IMG/VR virus record: IMGVR_UViG_3300030330_005710
Coordinates: 1-38,690 of that record
Length of the DNA stretch: 38,690 bases
Strand: one strand, 5' to 3'
Origin: a virus
Taxonomy: Duplodnaviria; Caudoviricetes
A model generated the notes under the pieces. The model was given only the letters and a program-made list of their open reading frames with translations, ran no database searches and was not told where the DNA came from. This document shows positions 19,784-28,569 of this stretch, in pieces. The position numbers were made by a program, and so were the translations under genes. Numbering within the stretch: position 1 is the stretch's first letter; each line of letters starts with the position of its first letter.

Positions 19784-19859
19784 CAAAAAGGTCTCCTTGA
19801 TGTAGTGTCTAATAAAATACGGAACAAATTAGTATGTATGGCTACTTCATTGCTCTTAA

Positions 19860-19867
19860 TAAATAGT
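19860..19867 (-). promoter_or_regulatory. ACTATTTA motif upstream of sheath
   Basis: Exact 8-mer in the intergenic gap, 76 nt upstream of the ATG. Confidence 0.55.
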
Positions 19868-19909
19868 AGAGGAAAGGGCGAAACTCCCTGTAAAGAATGG
19901 TACAATATT

Positions 19910-20791
19910 TTATGGTCTATATTTATCTTTATCATCTTTTCTAAACTCTGGAATGTCCCCCACAATTGTTCTCTCTCGTTGGATTTGTATTTTTGCGGCT
20001 GATTCTCTAATAACAACATTGGGTGTTTTTTGATTTTTTCCGGCACCAAGCAAATATCCAAGCACAGTTGTTGTCAGCGAAGTTTCAAATCGTCGCTCTT
20101 CGGTACCTAAATCAAAATTATTACCAATGGCTAAACTAGGATCTAAAATAGCCTCATATTTATTTCCGCCATACTCTATCTTAAACCTACTAGGAGACCC
20201 TGTAAAAGTTGTTATTGTTTCCATCATTTGATTCATTTGTTGTTGATATTCAGAAAACATTTTAATTTCATATACTACCTCTATGAATGTTGGATATGGA
20301 ACAGATATCGACTCATATACTATATTTTTATTTTCTCCTGGAAAAGTTTGCCTACTAACTGCATCGCCTCCCGTGGATTTTCTAATGGCATTTGAGTTTG
20401 CAAAGTTTTTAGTTCTATCTTGCTGAACTGCTCTGACCAACTCTAAAGATCCTCCTTTTTTGTAAAAGTCAAAATACGGCGGGACATATACACCATACCG
20501 CCCTTTATTCTGAGGATTCTTATTCATAGATGTTCTCTTGATTGTTATAAGGGGAAGATTTATTGTTCTGCCATTATCCTTCCTTAAGGTTTGTTCATTT
20601 TTAATTTGGAAAGCCCTTTCAGGAGTTGAAAACAAAACGGGAACTTTTTGTGATCCTTTGTTTGTCTCACAATATATATTCAATTCTTCATTAATAAAAT
20701 TGTACAAGGCATAATCTATGCTCTCAATATCTGACGACATCAAAGGATATGATGATGATAACTGTGTCTTTGTTGGTGTTCTAATTGGCAT
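19910..20791 (-). CDS. Tail terminator / sheath stabiliser, gp15-like
   Basis: VPVLFSTPER, LPLITIKR, VPYPTFIEVVYEI...QQMNQMME; position between neck and sheath. Confidence 0.65.
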   Translation of the reverse strand: MPIRTPTKTQLSSSYPLMSSDIESIDYALYNFINEELNIYCETNKGSQKVPVLFSTPERAFQIKNEQTLRKDNGRTINLPLITIKRTSMNKNPQNKGRYGVYVPPYFDFYKKGGSLELVRAVQQDRTKNFANSNAIRKSTGGDAVSRQTFPGENKNIVYESISVPYPTFIEVVYEIKMFSEYQQQMNQMMETITTFTGSPSRFKIEYGGNKYEAILDPSLAIGNNFDLGTEERRFETSLTTTVLGYLLGAGKNQKTPNVVIRESAAKIQIQRERTIVGDIPEFRKDDKDKYRP

Positions 20792-21284
20792 CGAATAATC
20801 CCTGTCTAGCTTCTCTTCCTACTGCTGTAACCTCTAGCGATGTGCCATCAGCAAAATCACTGTCTTGACCAAACAAATAGCGAGGCTCAAACACATCAAC
20901 TATTTCAAAATATAATTGGTCATACTGAACAAAGTCTCCCAGTCTGACAAAAAGGTTTTGATCTGCTGTTAGCCTTCTTTTATGGAAGTGAATGGTAATG
21001 TTATAAATATTATCAAACCCTATTTCTGTCTGTGTCCTAGTGGACCCATTATACTCCACAAGAGCGTAAGCTCTCACTGGTGGTAAAAATGTTTTATTAA
21101 CGGCTTCACCGTATAATGTGTGATAATTCGATCGTTCAATATCTATTGGATAATAAAGTACTTGTTGTCCAACAACCTTCTCGATAACTTCATCATTAAT
21201 TTGTTTAACAAAGTCTCTTTCAGCCTGCCCTACAAAAAGTGGCGGGGGAGGCTGCGTGGGTTGAGTCCATTTATTGACAGCCAT
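20781..21284 (-). CDS. Neck / head closure protein, gp14-like
   Basis: GQQVLYYP, LYGE..NKTF, GDFVQY...FEIVDV; synteny gp13-gp14-gp15-gp18. Confidence 0.7.
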   Translation of the reverse strand: MAVNKWTQPTQPPPPLFVGQAERDFVKQINDEVIEKVVGQQVLYYPIDIERSNYHTLYGEAVNKTFLPPVRAYALVEYNGSTRTQTEIGFDNIYNITIHFHKRRLTADQNLFVRLGDFVQYDQLYFEIVDVFEPRYLFGQDSDFADGTSLEVTAVGREARQGLFDAN

Positions 21285-21289
21285 TTATA

Positions 21290-22552
21290 TCACCCCACAT
21301 ATATGCCATAAGGTATTGATGACATAACAGTCTCAACATTTTGTTGTAACTGGGCGTCCCCCTCGGCTAATTTACCATATACTAATTCATCCAAAACTGC
21401 TTTTAGTTCTTCTCTAAGTTCACTTTGTTCTGTTTTTGCTTCGCTAATAAGCGATGGTCCGTTTAATGTAATCTCATTTCCTGGTATTGGTATTGTCCCT
21501 ATTTTTGATCTTACCTGTCCAAGTATTTCTTTTGTCAAGGAAAGAGCGTATCTTCTTATCCACTGTTTTCCTATGCTATTAATTTTATCATATGGAACAT
21601 TTGGGAAAGGCAGTGCATTCATATTATTGACACCCTCTGCCCCATATTTTCTGTCTGCTTGTTCATCGTAAGCATCCTCAGAGGTTCTAAACTCCACCCA
21701 AAACTTGTCTGGGCTTGAGCCATCTGGCGTCGGGAACAACTTTAATCTATTATCATTTATTTCATACGAATAGTGTGAAGAACGAACTTTTAAATCTTCT
21801 TCGTAATTCATTGCTTGTAAAGTATTTTGCCAACTAGGGACAAGCTCAAAAGTACTATCGTCTGCATATGTTCCATATGTTGATAAATTACCAACTGTTT
21901 GAATAGCATTTCCTCCAAAGAAACGCCAAGACGCTGCCGGGGTCTTATAGTATACATTCGTTATGTTTATTCTATTTTTTCCAACAGACCCAGTAAAAGC
22001 AGCACCCTCGGGCGAGCCATCAACTGAGGCGCTAAATATTAGTGCCTGTAGGTCATACTCTTGTTGGTCTCTAGCTGGTGTAAAAGAAGCAGAAAAAATT
22101 CTTTGGGTTGAACCAAGCCCAGCATGAACAGAGCCCCCTTTACCAATATGCATTGCATATCCCAATTGAAATCTAGGGAATTTTAAGTTTGGTTTTTCAT
22201 CTAGACCCTTATCGAATTCGAAGAATTCTCCGTCTTCGTCGAATGAGCCTGTCGTATTGCCCATAAGATCGGAAAGAACATTTTTAGCCTGATGTGTGTT
22301 AATTAAGTAAGAATATTCCAGACAAGCTTCTTCGTAGGCATTGTAGACATTTCTGGTAGATATCTCTAAGTCTAGGACGTTGCCGCCCAATTTATTAAAA
22401 GTATATGCAACTTGATCTACAGCACCACTTATAAAAGAAGATGTTGTATTATAAATCCCATAAGCTAAAAGGTCGGCCACTTCTGAATGTGATCCGGTCG
22501 ATGGTAATATTACAGAACTAACAGTGCTTGCTGGTTGTAAATTTGTTGGCAT
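21290..22552 (-). CDS. Neck / head-tail adaptor, gp13-like
   Basis: KLGGNVLDLEI N-terminal motif, WIRRYALSLTKEILGQVRSK..IPIPG..ITLNG C-terminal motif. Confidence 0.8.
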   Translation of the reverse strand: MPTNLQPASTVSSVILPSTGSHSEVADLLAYGIYNTTSSFISGAVDQVAYTFNKLGGNVLDLEISTRNVYNAYEEACLEYSYLINTHQAKNVLSDLMGNTTGSFDEDGEFFEFDKGLDEKPNLKFPRFQLGYAMHIGKGGSVHAGLGSTQRIFSASFTPARDQQEYDLQALIFSASVDGSPEGAAFTGSVGKNRINITNVYYKTPAASWRFFGGNAIQTVGNLSTYGTYADDSTFELVPSWQNTLQAMNYEEDLKVRSSHYSYEINDNRLKLFPTPDGSSPDKFWVEFRTSEDAYDEQADRKYGAEGVNNMNALPFPNVPYDKINSIGKQWIRRYALSLTKEILGQVRSKIGTIPIPGNEITLNGPSLISEAKTEQSELREELKAVLDELVYGKLAEGDAQLQQNVETVMSSIPYGIYVG

Positions 22553-22579
22553 AAAAAGTTACCTCGTAGGTTTACTTTA

Positions 22580-22587
22580 TAAATAGT
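22580..22587 (-). promoter_or_regulatory. ACTATTTA motif upstream of neck gene
   Basis: Exact 8-mer just downstream of the capsid terminator, 27 nt upstream of the ATG. Confidence 0.6.
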
Positions 22588-22604
22588 TTTTGGTTTTGCA
22601 AATA

Positions 22605-22636
22605 ATAAAAGAAAACCCCGCCACATGGACGGGGTT
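22605..22636 (-). terminator. Rho-independent terminator after major capsid gene
   Basis: Minus strand AACCCCGTC-CATGT-GGCGGGGTT followed by TTCTTTT. Confidence 0.85.
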
Positions 22637-22666
22637 CCCTCAGTTATTATTCAAACTTAATAATTA

Positions 22667-24484
22667 CTATTCAGTTTGAGCGTTCACAAGGTCAACACAA
22701 ATAACTAGACCGTACATGTCAGGTCGAACCATCTTCTTGGCATAGCGGGTCATGACTCCCTTGCGGGGCACGAAGTCCTCTGTACCAAAAATGGTCGGCG
22801 TGACTTGCAGCGGAACATATGGAGCATACACATAGCCACTTTCAAGGAAGCTATTCCCCTTGCGACCAACCAAAACAACGTTTCGGAGGAAGTAAGGATC
22901 AACATAGATATCCATCTTGCGACTAATTGAACCAACCTGCTTAACTCCCCAGTTGCCACCCTCTTCATCAACAGCAGCCGCAGCACGGAATCCGCTGGTG
23001 AATTCAAGAATGTTAGCCATTTCTGGCGAAACGACCAAGAAGTTAGCACCGCCACGCAGTGTTTTACGGTGAATACGGGCACTTACTTCGTTGATTGTCT
23101 CAAGAAGAGTTTCGTACCACTCGCTAACCGTTCCGGTGAAGTCTGGGAAAAGCGTGCTTCCAAGAATACTTCCGTCTTCACGATTAACAAACTTGCCAGG
23201 GAGGCGACTCCAGTAAAGGGTTGCGCCCTTAGCACCACTAACAAGATCAGAAAGAATTTCTTGATCAATTTCAAGAGCGATTTGCTCCGAAAGAACGCTT
23301 GTCAATTCCACTTCGGCGTCAAGATTATGATAAGCATTGAGATCCTGAGCTAGCTCGGGGCTCCACTTAGCTTTCAGCTTCTTCGTGACTGCTGTCACGG
23401 CGAGGCTGTCTACCTTGATATCGATTTCTGGAATGTCACTTGAGGCTTCAAGTCCCCATCCTTGCGACGAATTAGCACCCTTAAGGGCTCCAAAAGGATC
23501 GCCAGCAGATGCGAACTGATCTGTGATTGGGAAAATAACGGTACCACTCACATTGTCTCTTGGATCACCGGCACCTGCGCCAGCAACATTTCTTCCGCCC
23601 ATGGACTCAGAAAGCTGTACGGGTGTACGACCACCAAGGCGAGAAATACCGACCAACAATAGTGTGTTTCTGCTAGATCCGGACAACTGATTCAAACGAG
23701 TAGCGTGATATCCGCCATCTCCGAGTTCACCAGCACCATCAGAACCAGAAATAACAACCGCTTGGAGGTTGTCAAGGTTCAGACCAAGGTCTGAGCCGCC
23801 AGCGCCTGCTGTTTTTCCGTCAAACGATGCCGTTCCGATAGCATAGGTCGAAGTACCCGAAACCAAATCGGGATCTCCACGAAGAACCTCATAAAGTTCT
23901 CCGCCCGGCGATGTCTTTGTGTCACCGTAAGTACCACTAAAGAGAGGCATAAGAAGTGCGTTAGACCCTGTTGGGCTAGCAAATCCGTTGTTCAAACCAT
24001 AGAAGCTTACCTGTTGGTTGCGATCTTCAAGATCAATACCACCAGTCAACTGACGACCGACAACCCCACCGCCATAAAGCGACGAGTCTGCGATGCTAGT
24101 ACCACGAACTTGCTGTCCGTTTTCGTTGACAGCGCCCATGGCACTGTCAGGACTGTAAACGAAGTCCATGAAGAAAATGAGTCCACTTGGGAGGCTCATC
24201 GGTTGGACCGAAACAAGGTCCTGTGCCAAAAGATTGCCGAATACACGACGCACGATTGGAAATGCAACTGAGGCAAATCCCTCAACGTCACCAGCCGACA
24301 TGGTTGTCTGCTCCTTGAGAAGTTGAGCCGCTTGGTTTTCTAGAAGACGGGCCATATTCGATCGTTTTACATCGTCGAGACCCTCTAGAAGACCTGTGCG
24401 CTCCCACTTTCCAAGAAGAGCTTCACCCTCGTTAGCTAGCGAGCGTTGTCTGATTCCCTCTGTAAGAGTGTTAATTACAGACAT
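22667..24484 (-). CDS. Major capsid protein, T4 gp23-like
   Basis: LLENQA, FPIVRRVF..LVSVQPMSLPSGLIF, KKLKAKWSPELAQDLNAYHNLDAEVEL, EIDQEIL, GYVYAPYVPL, PRKGVMTRYA. Confidence 0.97.
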   Translation of the reverse strand: MSVINTLTEGIRQRSLANEGEALLGKWERTGLLEGLDDVKRSNMARLLENQAAQLLKEQTTMSAGDVEGFASVAFPIVRRVFGNLLAQDLVSVQPMSLPSGLIFFMDFVYSPDSAMGAVNENGQQVRGTSIADSSLYGGGVVGRQLTGGIDLEDRNQQVSFYGLNNGFASPTGSNALLMPLFSGTYGDTKTSPGGELYEVLRGDPDLVSGTSTYAIGTASFDGKTAGAGGSDLGLNLDNLQAVVISGSDGAGELGDGGYHATRLNQLSGSSRNTLLLVGISRLGGRTPVQLSESMGGRNVAGAGAGDPRDNVSGTVIFPITDQFASAGDPFGALKGANSSQGWGLEASSDIPEIDIKVDSLAVTAVTKKLKAKWSPELAQDLNAYHNLDAEVELTSVLSEQIALEIDQEILSDLVSGAKGATLYWSRLPGKFVNREDGSILGSTLFPDFTGTVSEWYETLLETINEVSARIHRKTLRGGANFLVVSPEMANILEFTSGFRAAAAVDEEGGNWGVKQVGSISRKMDIYVDPYFLRNVVLVGRKGNSFLESGYVYAPYVPLQVTPTIFGTEDFVPRKGVMTRYAKKMVRPDMYGLVICVDLVNAQTE

Positions 24485-24496
24485 ATTTTTATCTCC

Positions 24497-25474
24497 TTAT
24501 TTGTCTTTTAATCCCGCCAGGATCGCCCAGCGATCGGTGGTCGGGTTTTGTTGAGAAACTGGTTCATCTCTGCGACTGCTAAGAACAACCGAGGATCTTT
24601 TTGTTACAGCTTCAGACAGTGATTTTGGAGAATTCTTTTCAGATATACTCGCCATTGTCTTTTGAAGGGTTTCAAAAATTACCTTTGCTTCTTCAACAGA
24701 TCGTGCGTTCGAAACCATCTCGACAATTTTGTTTTTTTGTCGCTCATTCAAGGAGGTGTTTCCATAAACACGATTAGTGTACAATAATCTTGCATTTTGT
24801 GTCTGAAGGTCTAAAAGATTGTTCTTCAAACTTTCCATCAAACCTTTAAGCTTTTTATTTTCATTGCTTAAATTTTCATTTTTTTCTTTGATTTTAAGAT
24901 ATTCTTCGGAATCTTCATTATCCATGCCCTCAACACGCTCCATACTAACATTGGCATCTTGAGAGATTTCCTCTTCATCTTCCTCTACTTCATCACGAGA
25001 GATTTCTTCCATGGAATCCTCAACAGCTTGTTCTGGAACATCTAAAACTAACAATTCCTTAAAAAGATTTACAAGCTCACCCTCATCCAAGTTTAACTCT
25101 TCATCATTTCGATTAGCCGGCTCTTCTGAGCCTAAATCAATTCCAATTTCATCCGCTATTTCTTCTCTCTCTAGCTCAAAATCATCATCCTCTTCAGATT
25201 GGGCAGCGGCTATAATGTCATCTAAATCGACTTCAACAATCTCATCTGGTCCATCTGATATGTGCGCCATTGGAACTTGCTCCATGGCTGTGCTGTCTTC
25301 TTGATCTTCATCTTCCATACCGAGATCAAGATCGTCTTCTTGTTCCAATAATTTAGTCACGGCTTGACGAACTTCATTAGAATATTTTTCTACGATTTCT
25401 GACTCAGCATTTTTAATGGCCGCCTCTCGTAGAGAGTTTGCGTCCACAATTGCCTGCTCTAACATATTTGACAT
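24497..25474 (-). CDS. Prohead core scaffolding protein, gp22-like
   Basis: Very acidic, coiled-coil-like 325 aa immediately upstream of the capsid gene. Confidence 0.7.
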   Translation of the reverse strand: MSNMLEQAIVDANSLREAAIKNAESEIVEKYSNEVRQAVTKLLEQEDDLDLGMEDEDQEDSTAMEQVPMAHISDGPDEIVEVDLDDIIAAAQSEEDDDFELEREEIADEIGIDLGSEEPANRNDEELNLDEGELVNLFKELLVLDVPEQAVEDSMEEISRDEVEEDEEEISQDANVSMERVEGMDNEDSEEYLKIKEKNENLSNENKKLKGLMESLKNNLLDLQTQNARLLYTNRVYGNTSLNERQKNKIVEMVSNARSVEEAKVIFETLQKTMASISEKNSPKSLSEAVTKRSSVVLSSRRDEPVSQQNPTTDRWAILAGLKDK

Positions 25475-25507
25475 ATTAGTACCCCTTGAAGATGGTAAAT
25501 ATCAAAG

Positions 25508-25515
25508 TAAATAGT
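25508..25515 (-). promoter_or_regulatory. ACTATTTA motif upstream of scaffold/capsid operon
   Basis: Exact 8-mer 33 nt upstream of the ATG. Confidence 0.6.
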
Positions 25516-25540
25516 ATATTACCCGACTAAAGGAACCGAA

Positions 25541-25960
25541 TTAATTATTAACACCACTAATGCCTGATCCTGTGAGTTCAAACATTTGCTCTGGTCCAAT
25601 CCCAGTAAGCTCTGCTACTAATTCATATTTACCATTGTTACCAGTGGGGTTAGATATAAATATTTCTTTACACTTTACATCAATGTCCAGTTTATCTTTT
25701 GTTGTTGGTAGCGTGAAAAAACAGGATGTTTCATTAACACGAGATGAGGCAGTAGAGTGAAAATGAACTCTTAGATCAACATCTGCCAGGTTTTGAACAA
25801 TAATTCTTTTTGTTACTGAGGGGAAAACAATCTTGTCCTCAACATTCAAGTCTATATCCAGGTTTCCAGTTAAAAATGGTCTTCCTGAGACCTGATATGA
25901 AGCGGCATTCCCTAAACCAGCCTGCCTAACATAACTTCCTGATACACCGTAAGTTGGCAT
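25541..25960 (-). CDS. Hypothetical protein, probably virion-associated
   Basis: 139 aa, beta-rich and Gly/Ser-rich; in the head cluster; TAATG coupling to bS21. Confidence 0.7.
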   Translation of the reverse strand: MPTYGVSGSYVRQAGLGNAASYQVSGRPFLTGNLDIDLNVEDKIVFPSVTKRIIVQNLADVDLRVHFHSTASSRVNETSCFFTLPTTKDKLDIDVKCKEIFISNPTGNNGKYELVAELTGIGPEQMFELTGSGISGVNN

Positions 25961-26238
25961 TATGATCTCCTTTTAGCACGGGTTTTCGTTGTAGTAAGTA
26001 GTTCTTCTCTTTTCTTATTTATTTTTTGAACTAAACTTTTTTTGTTTCTTTTACGCTCAGCGTTAAGGACTGAGCCACTTTTATAATATCTTCGGTCCTT
26101 GACTTCCTCAAGAATGCCACCTCTTTTAACTTTTTTAATAAACTTTCGAATCATCCTTTCAGAATTACCACCACACTCGCTACTATGCACTGTGATAAAT
26201 CCAGAAAAATTATTACTTTTATTATTTCTACTGTTCAT
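25960..26238 (-). CDS. rpsU: Phage-encoded ribosomal protein bS21
   Basis: ITV...NSERMIRKFIKKVKRGGILEEVKDRRYYK.GS..AERKR fits the bS21 pattern; basic; start placed at 26238 (TAATG overlap with upstream stop). Confidence 0.8.
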   Translation of the reverse strand: MNSRNNKSNNFSGFITVHSSECGGNSERMIRKFIKKVKRGGILEEVKDRRYYKSGSVLNAERKRNKKSLVQKINKKREELLTTTKTRAKRRS

Positions 26239-26633
26239 TATTTTGGTCCTTTCGCTACAGAAGCCCACGAGGACATGCCTGGAATCTGACTTAAATCTAC
26301 ACCTGAGTCATGTGGATCAATTCCCGATAATGGACCCTTGCCATCGCCGCTAGGCGTTGGTCTAGTGCCCTCAAAAAGTTCTGGGTTTGAAAATTTATTC
26401 TTTGCTTCTTCGTAAGAATCTTTGGCTATCGCTGCTAAAACCCTACTATTAGAAGAGGTTGTTTTATTTTGTTTTTGATTAATTCCTTTTTGTTTTGTCA
26501 TGCTTTCACTTACTATGTTATTTAAATGTAAACCTGCTGCCACCTCTGTAATAATTCCCGAAAGAACACCTTCCTCAAAGATTACCTCTTTGACGCATTC
26601 TTTAATAATATTTTTGAGTTCCGATTTTTTCAT
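26238..26633 (-). CDS. Hypothetical protein (MKKSELKNIIKECVKE N-terminus)
   Basis: Start placed at ATG 26633, which removes the overlap with the upstream gene. Confidence 0.7.
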   Translation of the reverse strand: MKKSELKNIIKECVKEVIFEEGVLSGIITEVAAGLHLNNIVSESMTKQKGINQKQNKTTSSNSRVLAAIAKDSYEEAKNKFSNPELFEGTRPTPSGDGKGPLSGIDPHDSGVDLSQIPGMSSWASVAKGPK

Positions 26634-26656
26634 CTCTTTCCTTTCTGATAAATTAT

Positions 26657-27481
26657 CTATTGCACCGGAAACCAGTGCGACCCATACCAAACAAACTCAA
26701 TTGACGTCTTGCTGTTTGCTACAAGAGCACCAAAAGCACCGCCAATATTTGATGGATTCGGCATTATCATGATATTATCACTGGAGCCAAAAGTTGTATT
26801 AACTATGATTGTAAGCCTCTGTCCATTCGTAGTTCCATTAGGAAGAGTTAAGGTGTGTACCAACATGCCCCCGCCTGCATCGGTGCCCGTAATAGAATCA
26901 GCGTCAAGTATCATCACACCAGCACTTATGGATAGTGTGCTGCTTGTGCCACTTCCAAGGTCTTGTGTACCCACAGCCGTTACATACTGGGTGGATTTGG
27001 TGGTGCCGTCAACATCCAAGTCAACACTGGGCGATGTTGTACCAACGCCCACTCTGTTTGTTCCGGCATCTACATGTAATACCACCTGTCCGTTGTCAGC
27101 CATCACTTTCGTATCGTAGTTTGCGTTGGCATTATTTAGTACAATGTCCGACCCATCAAACTTAAAAACAGATTTTCCATCTGCGACTAAATTAATTTTG
27201 CCATTGTCAGGGAAACTAAGACGAGTGTCAACATCTCCGTTGTGGCGGATGTGCTCATTTATTGCCATATTTCCTGCTACGACAAATTTGTAAGAGGGAG
27301 AATCTGTGCCGAGGCCAAGCCTTCCGTTCGAAAGGAAAAATACCTGATCGTTCATGTGAAGGCTGCCTGTCACCTGGCAATGATCGCTAGATTCATCACC
27401 TATCTTGACGTTTCCGTCAGGATCTACCTTAAAAGCAAACCCGCCGGCACTATTTGGAACACCAAAACCTGCTGACATCAA
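26657..27481 (-). CDS. Fibre-like virion protein
   Basis: Two repeats GRLGLGTDSPSYKFVVAG / NRVGVGTTSPSVDLDVDG typical of phage fibre beta-repeats. Confidence 0.6.
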   Translation of the reverse strand: MMSAGFGVPNSAGGFAFKVDPDGNVKIGDESSDHCQVTGSLHMNDQVFFLSNGRLGLGTDSPSYKFVVAGNMAINEHIRHNGDVDTRLSFPDNGKINLVADGKSVFKFDGSDIVLNNANANYDTKVMADNGQVVLHVDAGTNRVGVGTTSPSVDLDVDGTTKSTQYVTAVGTQDLGSGTSSTLSISAGVMILDADSITGTDAGGGMLVHTLTLPNGTTNGQRLTIIVNTTFGSSDNIMIMPNPSNIGGAFGALVANSKTSIEFVWYGSHWFPVQ

Positions 27482-28074
27482 TCGTCTCCAAGAATATCAT
27501 TCAGGGCACGATTAATCCGGTCAGCTTTAGTTAGGTGAGTCTTTACTTGGTTTTCTGCTACCAAGAAAGCACCTGTGGTGCTAGGCTCTGAAACTAAATC
27601 AAAACACAACAATTGAAAGTCATCCTCAACCATCGTAGTACCACCCTCTTGACGAGTAGAGCCCAGGCCACGACTAGAAATACCTAATTGAACACCACCT
27701 TCTACAAGATTCCTAGCTATTTTACCAGCGGGGGTATCAAGAATCTTCATCTTACCCATCACATCGTCTCCATCCCACCACACCTCTGTCATTAAATGAC
27801 TAGCGTTCTTTAACTCAACTACGGAACTATCCGGGTGGTCTAGTTCTCCAATAGCTCGACCTTCTCGGACAAGTTTGGTATAGTTTTTCATTTCTCTCTC
27901 TAAGATTGGTTTCGGATAAATTCGCCCGTTGCCATTCTTTTTGCCTGCGGCTTGGATCTTTCCTGCTACAATAAGGTGAGTTCCTTTGCGGTTGCCTTCA
28001 CGCTCTTCTTCCGTAAGAAGATCGTCGCTATAATCCAGGTTCATAAACTCTTGTAGTACATATTTCTTATTCAT
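27478..28074 (-). CDS. Prohead core protease, T4 gp21-like
   Basis: KNGNGRIYP, AIGELDHP, ASH, ILDTPAG, LGISSRGLGS, FDLVSEPST.GAF. Confidence 0.95.
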   Translation of the reverse strand: MNKKYVLQEFMNLDYSDDLLTEEEREGNRKGTHLIVAGKIQAAGKKNGNGRIYPKPILEREMKNYTKLVREGRAIGELDHPDSSVVELKNASHLMTEVWWDGDDVMGKMKILDTPAGKIARNLVEGGVQLGISSRGLGSTRQEGGTTMVEDDFQLLCFDLVSEPSTTGAFLVAENQVKTHLTKADRINRALNDILGDD

Positions 28075-28077
28075 TTT

Positions 28078-28569
28078 TTATTTCCCTTGAAGTTTGTTAA
28101 GAACTCCCTCTGTAACATCTTTTCTATTTGCTAAAGCAACCTTTGTCATATATTCCATGGACTTTTTAAGTTTTTTATCTTTAGTATCTTTATAGATTCC
28201 CTCAAATTCATCAAAAACCTTATCCAATAGGTTTAAAACTTTTTCAGTATCCTTAGTTTTATCCACCTTGTCATCTTTTTCATCATCAAAGTTAACTTTT
28301 ACATCCTTTTTAAGATCAGCAGCGTCTTTACCGGGGTTTTCCTTTTTCCAGGAATCGAGTGCGTATGATAAAGTGCTAAGTTCTGATGCATTATTGACAA
28401 TTTCTTTAAAGTTATCAACAGAAAAAAGTTTTTTATCTCTCATGAAAAAAGTTCTGGCAGCATCCGCAACGCTATCAAATCCAAAATCTTTCAAATCTTT
28501 TTCAAATCCACGATAGTATTCTTTTATAACTGCTTCTTTTACAATTTTTTTAAGATTATTTTTTCTCAA
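28078..28569 (-). CDS. Hypothetical protein (LKKIVKEAVIKE N-terminus), charged
   Basis: 163 aa, TTG start with GAGG RBS. Confidence 0.65.
   Translation of the reverse strand: MRKNNLKKIVKEAVIKEYYRGFEKDLKDFGFDSVADAARTFFMRDKKLFSVDNFKEIVNNASELSTLSYALDSWKKENPGKDAADLKKDVKVNFDDEKDDKVDKTKDTEKVLNLLDKVFDEFEGIYKDTKDKKLKKSMEYMTKVALANRKDVTEGVLNKLQGK

Noticed and set aside
19875-19889. Small hairpin after the gp15-like gene
   Set aside because: Only 4-5 bp with a mismatch and a poor U-tract; too weak to call a terminator.
19783-20061. 92-aa ORF upstream of sheath
   Set aside because: Overlaps the gp15-like gene and runs across an intergenic gap holding the motif and the sheath RBS; no recognisable features.
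22578-22585. Perfect T4 late promoter TATAAATA on the plus strand
   Set aside because: Points away from all genes; better explained as the reverse complement of the ACTATTTA motif.
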